Below, piece after piece: positions 48,751-64,000 of a stretch of 64,000 bases of DNA. Position numbers and translations under genes: made by a program. This stretch comes from Chrysomallon squamiferum (taxonomy: Eukaryota > Animalia > Mollusca), in NCBI GenBank assembly GCA_012295275.1, contig CM022665.1, positions 27,032,001-27,096,000 on the forward strand, in the 5' to 3' direction. A model generated the notes under the pieces. It was not told the origin of the DNA and searched no databases. It saw only the letters and a program-made list of their open reading frames with translations. Position 1 is the first letter of the stretch. The number at the start of each line of letters is the position of its first letter.

Positions 48751-50079
48751 TGAAGGAGATGAAATTATTGTCCATTAGAAAAGGATCTACAGAAAAATTA
48801 ATGACCACTGATTACATTACAGCACATTACTGCACATTATGACATGGGTTCTACCATAACTGAAAACTTCATACAGTTCACATCATCAGATAATTTTTTT
48901 TTTTTTTTTTTTTTTTTTTACACCTCCATGGATGGACTTGAGCAGACAATAGGAGATGCACAAGCAGACCTCACACCGGTACCTGTGCAGTGGCCTGCTG
49001 GGCAAAACATTTTAATATATTTCAGTGGTTAAATGAAAGTATAATTTGTTATTTAAAAAGTGAACAACATGCTTATTCATATAAAACATTGACAGTTGAA
49101 GATCTTGTATCAGATGGTTCTTAAAGGAGAGAATGAATTAAAGAAATGTATTAATCTGTGACACTGCTTCTGGTAAAGTGTAAGACTTATCAATTACAAA
49201 TTGTGTATGTGTGAAAGTGCTAAATAATGAAGTTTGAAACTGAAAGAAAGGGAAAATAATGCAAAAAGGAAAATATATTGAAATAAAAGGAATTTATTTG
49301 TATGTTCTTTGCTGAAATGAATAAAATCAAATGCATTTGAAATATATTTTATTGTTGTTTTTGCTTAAATTATTTTATTTGTTTAATTAACAAAGGGTTG
49401 TAAAATAATGGGTCAATAAGTACTGTTTAATCATTTAGGTTTTATTATTAATAATAAATCATATAAATCAAACAATGCACTTTAGTTATTTTGAATAATG
49501 GCTAGTCATGATTTTGAATCATTTCACATACAGCCTGGTCACAGACACTTTGTGAAATGACTGATTTGTTTAGGCATTTTGCGAAATGACTGGTTTTACA
49601 GATTGACTGTAGCATATATATATTAATCATCTTGTAGAGAACTTTGGGAAGTTTATTTTTAAATAATATTAGAATTTATTAATATATTTAAAATGATTTC
49701 TTGTAGAACACTTGTTAGGACTGTGTTTGTAAATGTAGAAAAGGTTTCTGTATTTTACTGGTTTCAGGTAGCTGTTAGTCATACTAAGCCCATTGCTGTT
49801 TAACCATGTTTAATTCCAGTCTTGTTCAAACACTTTAACATTACAGTGATCTAAAACCTGTGGACAGCTGCTTGAACTTAAGCATTTTATTTGTTCACGC
49901 CCTCCACAAGTGTCATTGTAAACAAACATCTATAGAAACTGTAGTTAGGTTTACATCCTTATTTTTGTTTATTTAAATATTATCATAAACCAAACACAAT
50001 GATATATTTAATTTCTAACTGTAATATGTATATATACATTTGTGCATATGTGTGTAGTATATATACACATTTGCATTCA

Positions 50080-50365
50080 CAAATGTGTATATATAAAATT
50101 GTATGTTATTTTGATAATGAAATTTGACAGCTAATACAGGGTGATTTATGTGCAAATACCTGTCCATTTTATGCTAGCTGATAGGGTTTTATTTATGTAT
50201 TTATTTATTTATTATTATTTTTTTTTTTAATGCAAATGTACGTATATATAAAATTGTATGATATTTTGATCATGATATTTGACAGGTAATACAGGATGAT
50301 TTATGTGCAAATACCTGTCCATTTTATGCTAGCTGATAGGGTTTTTATTTATGTATTTATTTATT
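50080..50365. repeat. Recent tandem duplication, two copies, 155-bp period
   Basis: tatataaaattgtatg...tgatttatgtgcaaatacctgtccattttatgctagctgatagggtttt appears in copies starting ~50080 and ~50233, with few substitutions. Confidence 0.92.
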
Positions 50366-53300
50366 TATTTATTTTTTATTTGTTATTGTTTTTGCTATTG
50401 TTGGTTTTATAATCCAATTTGTTTCATCTTGAAAATAATATTTCCTATGACAACGGCAGATGTCCTGTGTATTCCTGTATCTGGTCCTGTAGTCTGTACT
50501 TCTGCTGTGTGATATTTGCTGTATTTCAGTGTTTGAAATGAATTAATCTTACAGCTGACTAATCTGACACAGTTAACACACAGATACAACACAGCCTACT
50601 ATTAGGATTCAACATGTTCACTGTTCTGTGTGCATGATATTTAGGTCTTGTATAATGATCTTCTACAACCAAATATAAGTTGAATACATCTAAACTATGT
50701 TATACTCAGTTTTCAGTTACTGTCTCCCAACTGGTAATTGCCCTTCTGTGTTATTCATGTAAAGAGAATTTATCATATTTTAACAAAATGAGATTTGTTA
50801 ACAAGAATATCCTAGGATTAATAGTGTGTTAATTTAATCAAAATTTGTTTAAAATCAGAGTAATATTTTTAACAATATTTATAACTTGTTTACTTTTTTC
50901 TTTTTTTTAAATCTTTTAACTAAGCTTTCTTGCACACTGGTGCTCACCATGGTAATTAATTGATGAAACCACCAAGCTAGAACATGTTAATTTAAAATGT
51001 ATGTAAATAAATGTATCAGGAACAAAAAAATATTTCAAGAAGATTGTGGATTTCAGAAAAATTTAATAATTTAAATTTAGAAAATGTTTATTATTATTAT
51101 TATTATTACTATTGTTAATATTATTTAAGAATTTATTTATTCTTTTTTCTTTAAAGAAAATAATCTAATGAAATGTACAGATTATGAAAAGGCAAGATCA
51201 TAAAAACAATTCTTTAAAGTGACAAGATGAAACTTTAATTGTTAAAGCTTGATATTTTTCAATGAAAGTGATTGCAAACTAAGATGCTCATAAAATTATT
51301 GGCTTACATAATTATTACATCTACACAAAAATAAAAACACATAGCAGACACAATGCCAGGAAACAAGTATAAAGGTAATATAATGAACATCACTTAGATT
51401 TATAATGTACTGTGGGTTTTTAGTTTTGTTTTATACTTCCTGAAGGAAGCAATGATACCTTTCTCGTAGCTATGATATTAAAATAATAACAATAATAATA
51501 ATAATCTTTAATCATATGCCCTGAAATGTTTGATTTGTAAATATTTGTTTACACAACATTATATGAAAAGGTATTTTATTGCTTATTTTCTTTACCATGC
51601 CAAGCATTAAATCTGGGTGGGTTTTTTTGTTTGTTTGTTGTTGTTTTTTAAATAATATTATATCACACACACACACACACACACGTTTTGTAAATGGAAC
51701 AACGCTAGCAAGACTGAGTCGACAAATCGTTATTCTCGTAATACATCTGACCTAGTTAAAACATTTCAGTTCCATGATTATTTCTTTCTTTTTCTGTACG
51801 TTTTCATCGTCCAATAATATAATGGAATCATCAGTATTTTTTTTTCAACTTTTTGCTTAATTCGTCTTTTCTTTCTTTCTTCTTTTTCTTCTTGTAATTT
51901 TAATAATTATTTTATTATTTTTAATGTTCTATGCTGGACGTTAGGGACCCTCAGAATAACAGACCGAGAAGGATCCCGTGAGTTTCTAACATGCAGCGTC
52001 TATATGTTTTCAACGACGATGATCACTATGAAGATGATAATAATTTAATAAATAAAAAATACTGAGGTTCATATAAACTGTGAAATTATCTCAAATTTTA
52101 CTACTACTACTACTACTACTACAGTAACAATATCCGTTTTCCACCAAATTTGTTTTAAATCTTTGCAGGTCCATTTTCCTGATTATTAATACTTTAATTT
52201 ACAATAAATGAATACAATTTTATATTTGTGATTGTTTACTAAGAAACTAAATATGTCTATATTGAACCTGTGTGACTGAAATTAAATTAATTATCAACAT
52301 CTTCATTTAGAAAAATTACTGGAACAAGGAATTAAAATAAATAAATAAATATATAAATATATAAAATTTAAAAAAAGGAGGAGGAGAAGAAAATATGATA
52401 ATAGGAGCAAAAATAATAATGCCGTTACGAGAAAAAAGGATGAGTAAGAAATACGAGGGGGGAAAAAGAAAAAGAAAGAAAAAAGAATTAAAACATAGTC
52501 ATGCACAGTCTGATATGTTAATGTATTTACATATCTGATATCAACACTGTACAGTTTTGAATGTACTGTGATTTAGTAAAAAAATAAAATGTTAAAATTA
52601 TTATGTACTTCAAGTTAAATTGCTATAAATGTAACACAACTTCTTAAAGCTGAAATTAACATCTTTTCAACGGTGTAATTAATTAGTACGTTTGATTTTT
52701 ATTTTTATTTGTTAGCTTGATATAAGATTTTAAGCTACGTACAATGTACTTGCTAACTGCACCAATTCAGAAATTAAAAAATTCTTAAAAAATTAAATTG
52801 ATTATATTTTGTTTTGTTTTCTATTTATTTATTTTTGAGGGGTAATTTCTCTTTTTATGATTTTTAAAATTGCAGCAGCACACACGTTCGCACACACACA
52901 CTCTTATTTCACATTAAGCGCGGATAAAATACTACTTTTAAAAAGACATTACATACCTGTAATAAAATAACAATAATAATAATAATAAATGTTTATTATA
53001 ATATTAGGTCCTTTAAAACGCCTGTATTTTTTTTACCTAGTTTTACTAACTTTTGAACAATTGATTTATTCTGTTTCAGATCCAACTTTGATAAAAACTG
53101 CATATGTATCTTTCCCTTTATTGCATGAATGTTACCTCGTACTGTGGGGAAAAAAAGAAAATCTCATTCAGAAGTGCAATGCGGTAGCCTCCATCTTGTT
53201 ATGGATCTACAATCATGTATCGCGAACATCATTTATACACTACTTTTTGCACTCACAGGGTTAACTCTGCGAGCTTTTTTCCCCTACAAACTGAACCAAA

Positions 53301-54662
53301 TAAAAGAACCTTCTCTTTGTTTCATTTATTTATCCACTATAAATGTATAACGAAAGGGGTATTAAAACCTTGATGACAAAATTCTGGGACTTTTCTGAAC
53401 TATTTTTGAACAGACCCCCTTGAAAAATATATCATTGGAAAGAGCAATATTTCATCACTTAAAAGCCAGTCGAATTAATCTTAAAGCATGCATAATAAAT
53501 AATAACACAGTAGGTCTCTTAGTACAAATTTCCTTATTCAGTCTTCTTTGGTTTGTCATTTGCTCCGTGAAGTCCACTCCCACATTCAAACAGACTCTCA
53601 AAAAGTCTTTCCAAAACACTTCTAAAACCTTAGCCAAGTGAAATTCAACTTAGGCTCCCTTTACATTCACATAATCAAAGTAACTTTTTAACACCTATTA
53701 CAGTATATTTCATTATCCATTTAGTTTTTGTCCATGTGTTTTTCATACTCTCACTGTAAATTGCTTAAGTCCCGCTATCAGGTGGAAAGGGCACTCAACA
53801 AGTCATCTTAAGTATTAGATAGCCTTTACTACCACTAAGATTGTACCTCGATATTAACAAAAAAAGTTGAATCCCCCATTTCAGATTTTCTATTTTAATT
53901 TATTTCTCCTTAATATATTTGTTCATCTAGATCATTTCTCTGTGATTAATTCAATTAAAAAAAAACAATTAAAAAACAAAAAAAAACAAGTACTTAATTA
54001 TAAAGTAGTATTGCAGATTTATTTTTAAAGAAGGAATGTGATTGGTTGTTACATTTAAGTTTGTGTTTTTGTCCTCTGCAATTCAACATCTATACGTAAC
54101 TAATTATTTTCGTAATATCTGCCTTAACAAGGAGATCAAAATAAACCATGGAGCCCGTAGAGCGTGTTTAAGATTCCCTTTGGCTCGACGCTTACACTTA
54201 TATATTTTTTAACTATTATTATTTTTAAAATCATACATTATTTCAATTATTTTTCTCTTTATTTATACGAAATTAAACAATTTACCTGCTTAATATGAAA
54301 AAAAATGATAAAAGGTACACATCTTACATTCTATGTTTACATTTCTTATTATGATCCTATATTCTGTTTTATCACAGTCAGTTGCACTACAATCGTTTAC
54401 AATACTGTGTTCACCTAAATACAATGAATAATGACTAATTACCAATTCGTATTTACAACATACATGATAAATTAAACGAAAAATGGTTTTAAAAAATAAA
54501 AGTATGGGAACGAAATCAGGTAGTGATTGAAAATAAGCATTTGTTTAAATTCAGGTTAAGTGTTTACTAACAAAGGAATACGCGTCTTAGAGGAGATATT
54601 TTATGTTCACGAGTTAGCAGCAAAGATATGTATTGTCAGGTTTTTCTAAAACACGTTCAGCC

Positions 54663-54683
54663 ATGGATGACCATAAAGTATCG
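54663..54683 (+). CDS. Candidate alternative first coding exon of MARK/Par-1 (MDDHKVS)
   Basis: Good start context cagccATGG and strong phase-0 donor TCG|gtatgt, compatible with the phase-0 exon at 59073. Confidence 0.4.
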
Positions 54684-54900
54684 GTATGTTTTATGGTGGG
54701 CGTCAAGCAGTGCATTTGGGCACCTGTTCACGCACCTTGCCCTTCTGTACGGATAAGCCATCGCGCATCATTTTAAACATGTTTAAAAATATTTAATAAC
54801 GGGTAACTAAGATAACATTTAACAACTTTGTTTAATTACTGTTGCAACTTGATGATATTTCCCAGCTGTTCTAACCCCGATGATGTCATTTCCGAAGCAA

Positions 54901-54997
54901 CCAATAAAATAGTACCTTGCTGACCTCAATGCGCAGGACTTGCGAGCCTGGCGTGGAAGGAAAAGTCAGCCATTTTCTTTGATGAAATTTCGGAAGT
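54901..54997 (+). promoter_or_regulatory. Housekeeping-type promoter cluster for MARK/Par-1
   Basis: CCAAT 54901-54905, TGCGCA (NRF1-like) 54930-54935, GCCATTTT (YY1-like) 54969-54976 and CGGAAGT (ETS) 54991-54997, all within a CpG-rich island. Confidence 0.5.
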
Positions 54998-55107
54998 GTT
55001 TACAAAATTGTAAAAACTAGAAATGTGTCGGAGAAGGGTATTATTGCCTTGATGTCAAATAATGGCGGACATCCAGGGGATTTTATCTGTCTCTGAATAG
55101 ACATTGT

Positions 55108-55176
55108 ATGGCCAGATCTGACAGGAACAGGGAGTATCAAATCAACACGAGTAGTCTTCCTGTCAGGCAGTCTCGG
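55108..55176 (+). CDS. Candidate first coding exon of MARK/Par-1 (MARSDRNREYQINTSSLPVRQSR)
   Basis: ATG just downstream of the promoter cluster, 23 open codons and a phase-0 donor CGG|gtattt that fits the exon at 59073. Confidence 0.45.
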
Positions 55177-55677
55177 GTATTTTTTTCAGCCTTGGCGACC
55201 TGAAATTATCCCCTTAGTCGTACGTCGGAACAAAACTTCCGACCAAGCTGACTGTTCATAATTCCTTATGTGTAATTTGTTATGCACAAATCTGTAATGG
55301 GACAGTACATTTTACGGAATTTACTGCAATAAATTTATGACAATTACTAATTCAAAATGTCTGCCACTCGGGGGCCACTTCCACCGGTCCATGAATCGGT
55401 GACAGTTAGTAATCACGTAAGTGTACTTATTCATTAATTGCTTTCTCCACTTTATTATATATGTATATACCCGATGAATGATACTTATTTTTGATGAATT
55501 AAAGAAATATTGCTTTATTTTACACGATGTAATGTAGTAAAGCAAAACTGCATTTAAGAAGAAAAAATTGACTTGTCAAATGTCAGTTACAGTGATAGCC
55601 TTTTCTGAACTTGGTAGTGTTTTAAAGACTAATTTTTTTATTTTTTAGTAGACAACAACAACAACAACAACAACAAC

Positions 55678-55709
<32 letters not shown>

Positions 55710-56769
55710 TGTGTATACATATCGTATCAAAATACATGCTGAAAAAGACGGTGCCAGATCTGAGATCAGTTATATCGCCCATCTCTGTTTTTCTGAATTG
55801 GCTTTGTTCATGTTACATCGTCATGGAATGGATAATGGAAAAACCTTGGCCCTTGGAACAAGTTGGATCATAATAGCTTAAAATTAGTTTCAGTCTTAGA
55901 TTCAGAGGCTCTTTGCTGAATACAGTTTATCTTTATTTGCTTCAAAGATACTAAATCGTGAATTGCAGTGCAAAGATCATAATAAACAATGTAGTATGTG
56001 CCATTTTCAGTGATCATTTACTTCTAAAATATTAACTGACAATTGTAAATGTATACTAATTTTACTCGGATTTTAATTTTGTCATTCAATGTTACCAATC
56101 TTTGATATGCAATTTTTTTAATTTCAAAATGGGTGGCTTGGGGAGATGGTATTTTCCAAAATAAATTTGAATTCCAGATTAGTTAATTGCTTGTTCAAGG
56201 TCAGTGCCTTTGTCATAAAATATTGTCATTTTCAGGCTACCTCATACAAACATGTGGTACTGGTCTTTACTTTGCTTCAGAATAATTCAACTTTATTGTA
56301 ACTGAAGATTAGTTAATACTGAAAATATTTTTTTGTTGTTTTTGTTTTTTTCTGTCGTGGAACCAAACACATTTTGCTAAGTGACACTCTTAACAAATTA
56401 TTGAAAAATTTGTAACAAATGGAAATAATACCTGTGACAGTCTGCATTATTTTGGTAAATATAGTATTTCAGAATGTATACATACGTTTTTATTTTATAG
56501 TCTGGACATTTTGGAGCAGCAAACAAAATAATAGATTTATGAATAGAGTAAAGCAGTTTCATCAAACAATTTATTGTAGAAATATTTAATAAAAAATTTG
56601 GCGTTAAATTCCAACAGATCAGTCATTTTTGAATACCATGAGTCATACATGCACATGATAAAAGTGGAAACCCAAGATCATATCATAAACCATCAATTCA
56701 GAATTCTTCAAACATTTTTGAATCTACCTGAATCATGACATAATCAGCTGATTGCAGTGCAAGACACTA

Positions 56770-57065
56770 AATAAAGTAATAGAGGACCTAGCTAACTGTT
56801 TTCAAAGAATGTTTCAAAATAAAGAAAAAGCTCATGGATGTTACTTTTTGCTTTTCCTGCTGGTAATAGAAAGAGTATGCCAAATGTTTCAGCTGTTGAT
56901 GAAAGAACAAGCAAATGGAAATTGACGTTTGTCAACATGAGTTATTAATACTTGTAAGTGTACAAGTTGAATTTTGAAATTGTAACAAGGTTATTTAAGA
57001 ACAAAATTGGTGAGTTACTTTAAAATATCAGCTGTGGCCCAGGAATAAGAAAATTTGGAAAAAAA
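56770..57065 (+). mobile_element. Heavily decayed hAT-like transposase relic in a MARK intron
   Basis: Frameshifted translation KVIEDLANCFQRMFQN...VSAVDERT/QMEIDVCQHELL resembles the 'F..RFQDF...LQME.IDLQ' region of SPIN/Charlie-type transposases. It is followed by a tgtggccc...aaaatttgg sub-terminal-like motif. Resemblance only. Confidence 0.3.
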
Positions 57066-59072
57066 GCCCTAAAATGAGTACTGTGCAGTGGCACATAGTA
57101 GTTACGATCTACTTCATTAATTGCTTTATTATCAGTATAACAGTGTTTACAGTTAAAAGTTCACAAGCTGATACTTTTCTGCATAATACTTACTAATTAA
57201 TGCAATGAACATCAGATAGTTCCCTACTTTGACTCTGAACCTTACATATATTAAATAGGAATGAAAAGCAGTGCATAAATGGTTGTTCACTGTAAACTCA
57301 AAAGAACCTAATATGAGCTAATGAAAAGAAAATGCACAGATGCCTGTTCTGTTTTAGAAAAAGATACATGTATGCACAAATGCTCTATCTCTATATACAA
57401 CTATCCTATAAAGTAAACACTTCTTACTTTGTTGTTAAGAAAAACATGGCACATACTGTAATCCCAAACATGTAAACCACTTAGTTATTTCCACCTTCTG
57501 GCACTTTACAACTCTACCTACTGGTATAATCCAAAATAATATTTTCTACATCCAGGCTGACACCATAATATCAGGAATCTTTACTATGTTGAGATGGTCC
57601 ATAATGTGATGGCCTGTGTACCTCTCACATGTTAATCAATGACAATTACATCACAACTGAGGTTGATTCAAACATGTCCGAATTGTAGTCAGCTGTTTCT
57701 TACAGAGGTCTTAGATATATTTTTGTAGCATATGACTACATTTTACTTTTTATGGTGAAAATGACTGATCTAAAGGAATATAAAGCTAATTATTATTGAA
57801 TAAGTGTACTAGCTGAATTTGTTGCCAAAACTACAGATGGTGTAAATATATACCAAAACAACATTAACCTAACTGGTGTTGAACCAGTGATATCTATACA
57901 AAGGTCTGCCTCAACTATTCTGTGCTAGAGGATACTGCTAAAAAACAATAAATATGCTTTGCACACATAACCAAGAATGCCATATATACAGATCTTCAGA
58001 AGCTGAACAAAACAACTAGCTCTAGTCCTGTAAAATAAAAATAACAAAAGCCTGATCATACAAACCAATTAGAGATACTTTACTATCATAAAAGATGCTT
58101 TGGAGAAATAAGTAATAACAGCAGTGAAAAAACCCAAATATACCCACCAAGTCCCCCTGGGTCATCACATCCACCTTAAAGAAACAGCAACACCAAGAAA
58201 TGTAATTTTTATTGGTCATCCATTTGCATTAGATTATTACTGGACTAATGAAGAACATAACTATTTTATGAAATTGTTTATCAAGCTAAAATTCTGATTA
58301 TTATTCATCCACTGTATTGATTGGTTGGGTTCATTTTGGTTAATTATAGGTGCTAAAGAGTTTAATTCCATTTTCTTGTTATCTTGTGATGTTTATGCAA
58401 GCTAGTATAAACATGGATGTACTTTTTTAACAGAAAATGAAATGGTATTTTATAGTTGTCTTAAATAACACAATGTTCTAGTGAAAGTCATCAAATATAT
58501 TACATTATTGCATAAATGGAGCCAGAAAAGTGTTTTTTTAAAGGCTAGCTCTGGCTGGATGAATAAATTGTCTAATAAAATTCTTATTTTTATTGCTTGT
58601 AACAAACTATGGTAATAATAATTACATAAAAACTGAGGTGTCATTTTATCTCTTCATAACTAAAAGTTAAAAGAAATTGCTTTCATGGCTGATTCATAGC
58701 TGTATTTCTTTAAAAGAAACTTGATAGTAAATGCATCTGTTGAAGACTGATCTCTGCAGAAATTAGGTGGTGCCATATTTTCAAACTGCTCATTTGTTGA
58801 TTTACTTCATTATTAAGATTGGACAGCAAAAATAACAAAACATAATTTGGAAGTATGGAGACTATACACGTTTCTTCATATTACTAGAGGGACCCTTTAA
58901 ATGATGAAATGAATTTAATAAGAATCACAACTGTTAATGAATCAAATGTCAGTTATTGAAGTTAAAAATGTCAATTTTCATTTTGAAAAACATATCATTT
59001 AATGATATCTTTGATAGATAATTAAATTCCTCTTAACACCAATATTTATGAAGTTTTAATTTATGGTTTCAG

Positions 59073-63042
<3,970 letters not shown>

Positions 63043-63630
63043 TAGTTTGTGTTATGTTAATTCTGTTGTCAGTGTACATTTATATGTTTGAATTTAATTT
63101 GGGAAAAAAAAAAAAAAAAAAAAGTTAAGTAAAAGGATAGGTTTAAATAGTATTAATGATGCACTAACCTATATCCATCAAAAATTACCCACAAAATCTG
63201 TGACAGAATATGTAATGTCCAAATGTTTTGAAAATGTCATTTGTTGCATCTTTATACATAATTGCATACATGAATATACATAAAGTTTGAATTTCCTGAA
63301 AAACCCCAAATACAGTTTAAAATTGTTTTCTTTTAGATGGTCAAGGAAGGATAAAGTTACCACTTTCATATTAGTCATACTTGTTTAATACATATTTGTA
63401 TTTTGAAAACGGACCTCCTACCTTGGTGTGACAGCTGTCAGTGTTTGTTGACAGCCTCACATTTTGGTAGATCTATTTTATAATGAGGATATGATGGAGT
63501 AGTTTAGATTTCATCCACATTTGATTTTAAATTTTTTTAAAACTGCATTTTATAAGAAATTTTAACAGTATCTGTGATAATAGTTTTAAAATATCTTATA
63601 ACAGAAAAATATCTGATAATTTTATTTTTG

Positions 63631-63631
<1 letters not shown>

Positions 63632-63685
<54 letters not shown>
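63632..63685. repeat. (CA)n microsatellite
   Basis: Perfect dinucleotide run in a MARK intron. Confidence 0.95.
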
Positions 63686-63689
<4 letters not shown>

Positions 63690-64000
63690 TATTTGAATGA
63701 CACCCAATGTCTAGTTTTATTTTTATGTGGGGATGTCAGTAAAAAAAAAAAAAAAAAAGAAATAGTTCTTTTTGTTTCTTTCACATAAAAGTTTGTTGTT
63801 TTTCACAAATCTTTGTTGTAAATAAACAGCCTGAAGGCATTCATATGATTATAATAAAGTCAGACACTATTACTGAGAATTTTATCTGGGTCTTTTACTT
63901 TAATCTGAAAGAAAACTGCTAACCTAGGATAGTTTTTTCTGACATGGGTTTGGGATATTGAAATATTCCATGTAAAATTTGAAACAGTGTTGTTACAACT

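Noticed and set aside
52989-53641. Cluster of 60-90 aa ORFs upstream of MARK
   Set aside because: Overlapping ORFs on both strands with no motifs or splice chain; probably repeat-derived or promoter sequence.

Overview
AT-rich, microsatellite-dense animal genomic DNA. It looks like an invertebrate with mosaic CpG depletion and is mollusc/lophotrochozoan-like, but that assignment is inference. There is no prokaryotic content and no CRISPR array. Four conserved intron-rich genes were reconstructed by hand from splice signals and translation: CDKL1 (+, 9 exons, 354 aa), BROX (-, 11 exons, 415 aa, C-terminal CaaX CVVS), XRCC3 (+, 7 exons, 340 aa, probably one GC-AG intron) and the kinase domain of MARK/Par-1 (+, runs off the window, two candidate alternative first exons). 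Between BROX and XRCC3 is an intronless, CpG-retaining 437-aa helical ORF that I cannot assign to a family. It carries a cryptic ~29-residue repeat and is the most novel-looking item. Also present: a candidate 100-aa four-exon orphan gene upstream of CDKL1, a possible readthrough context after the CDKL1 stop, decayed Tc1/mariner, hAT and retroelement fragments, and two local tandem duplications. Most short ORFs in the supplied track are microsatellite or intron artefacts. No database searches were run.
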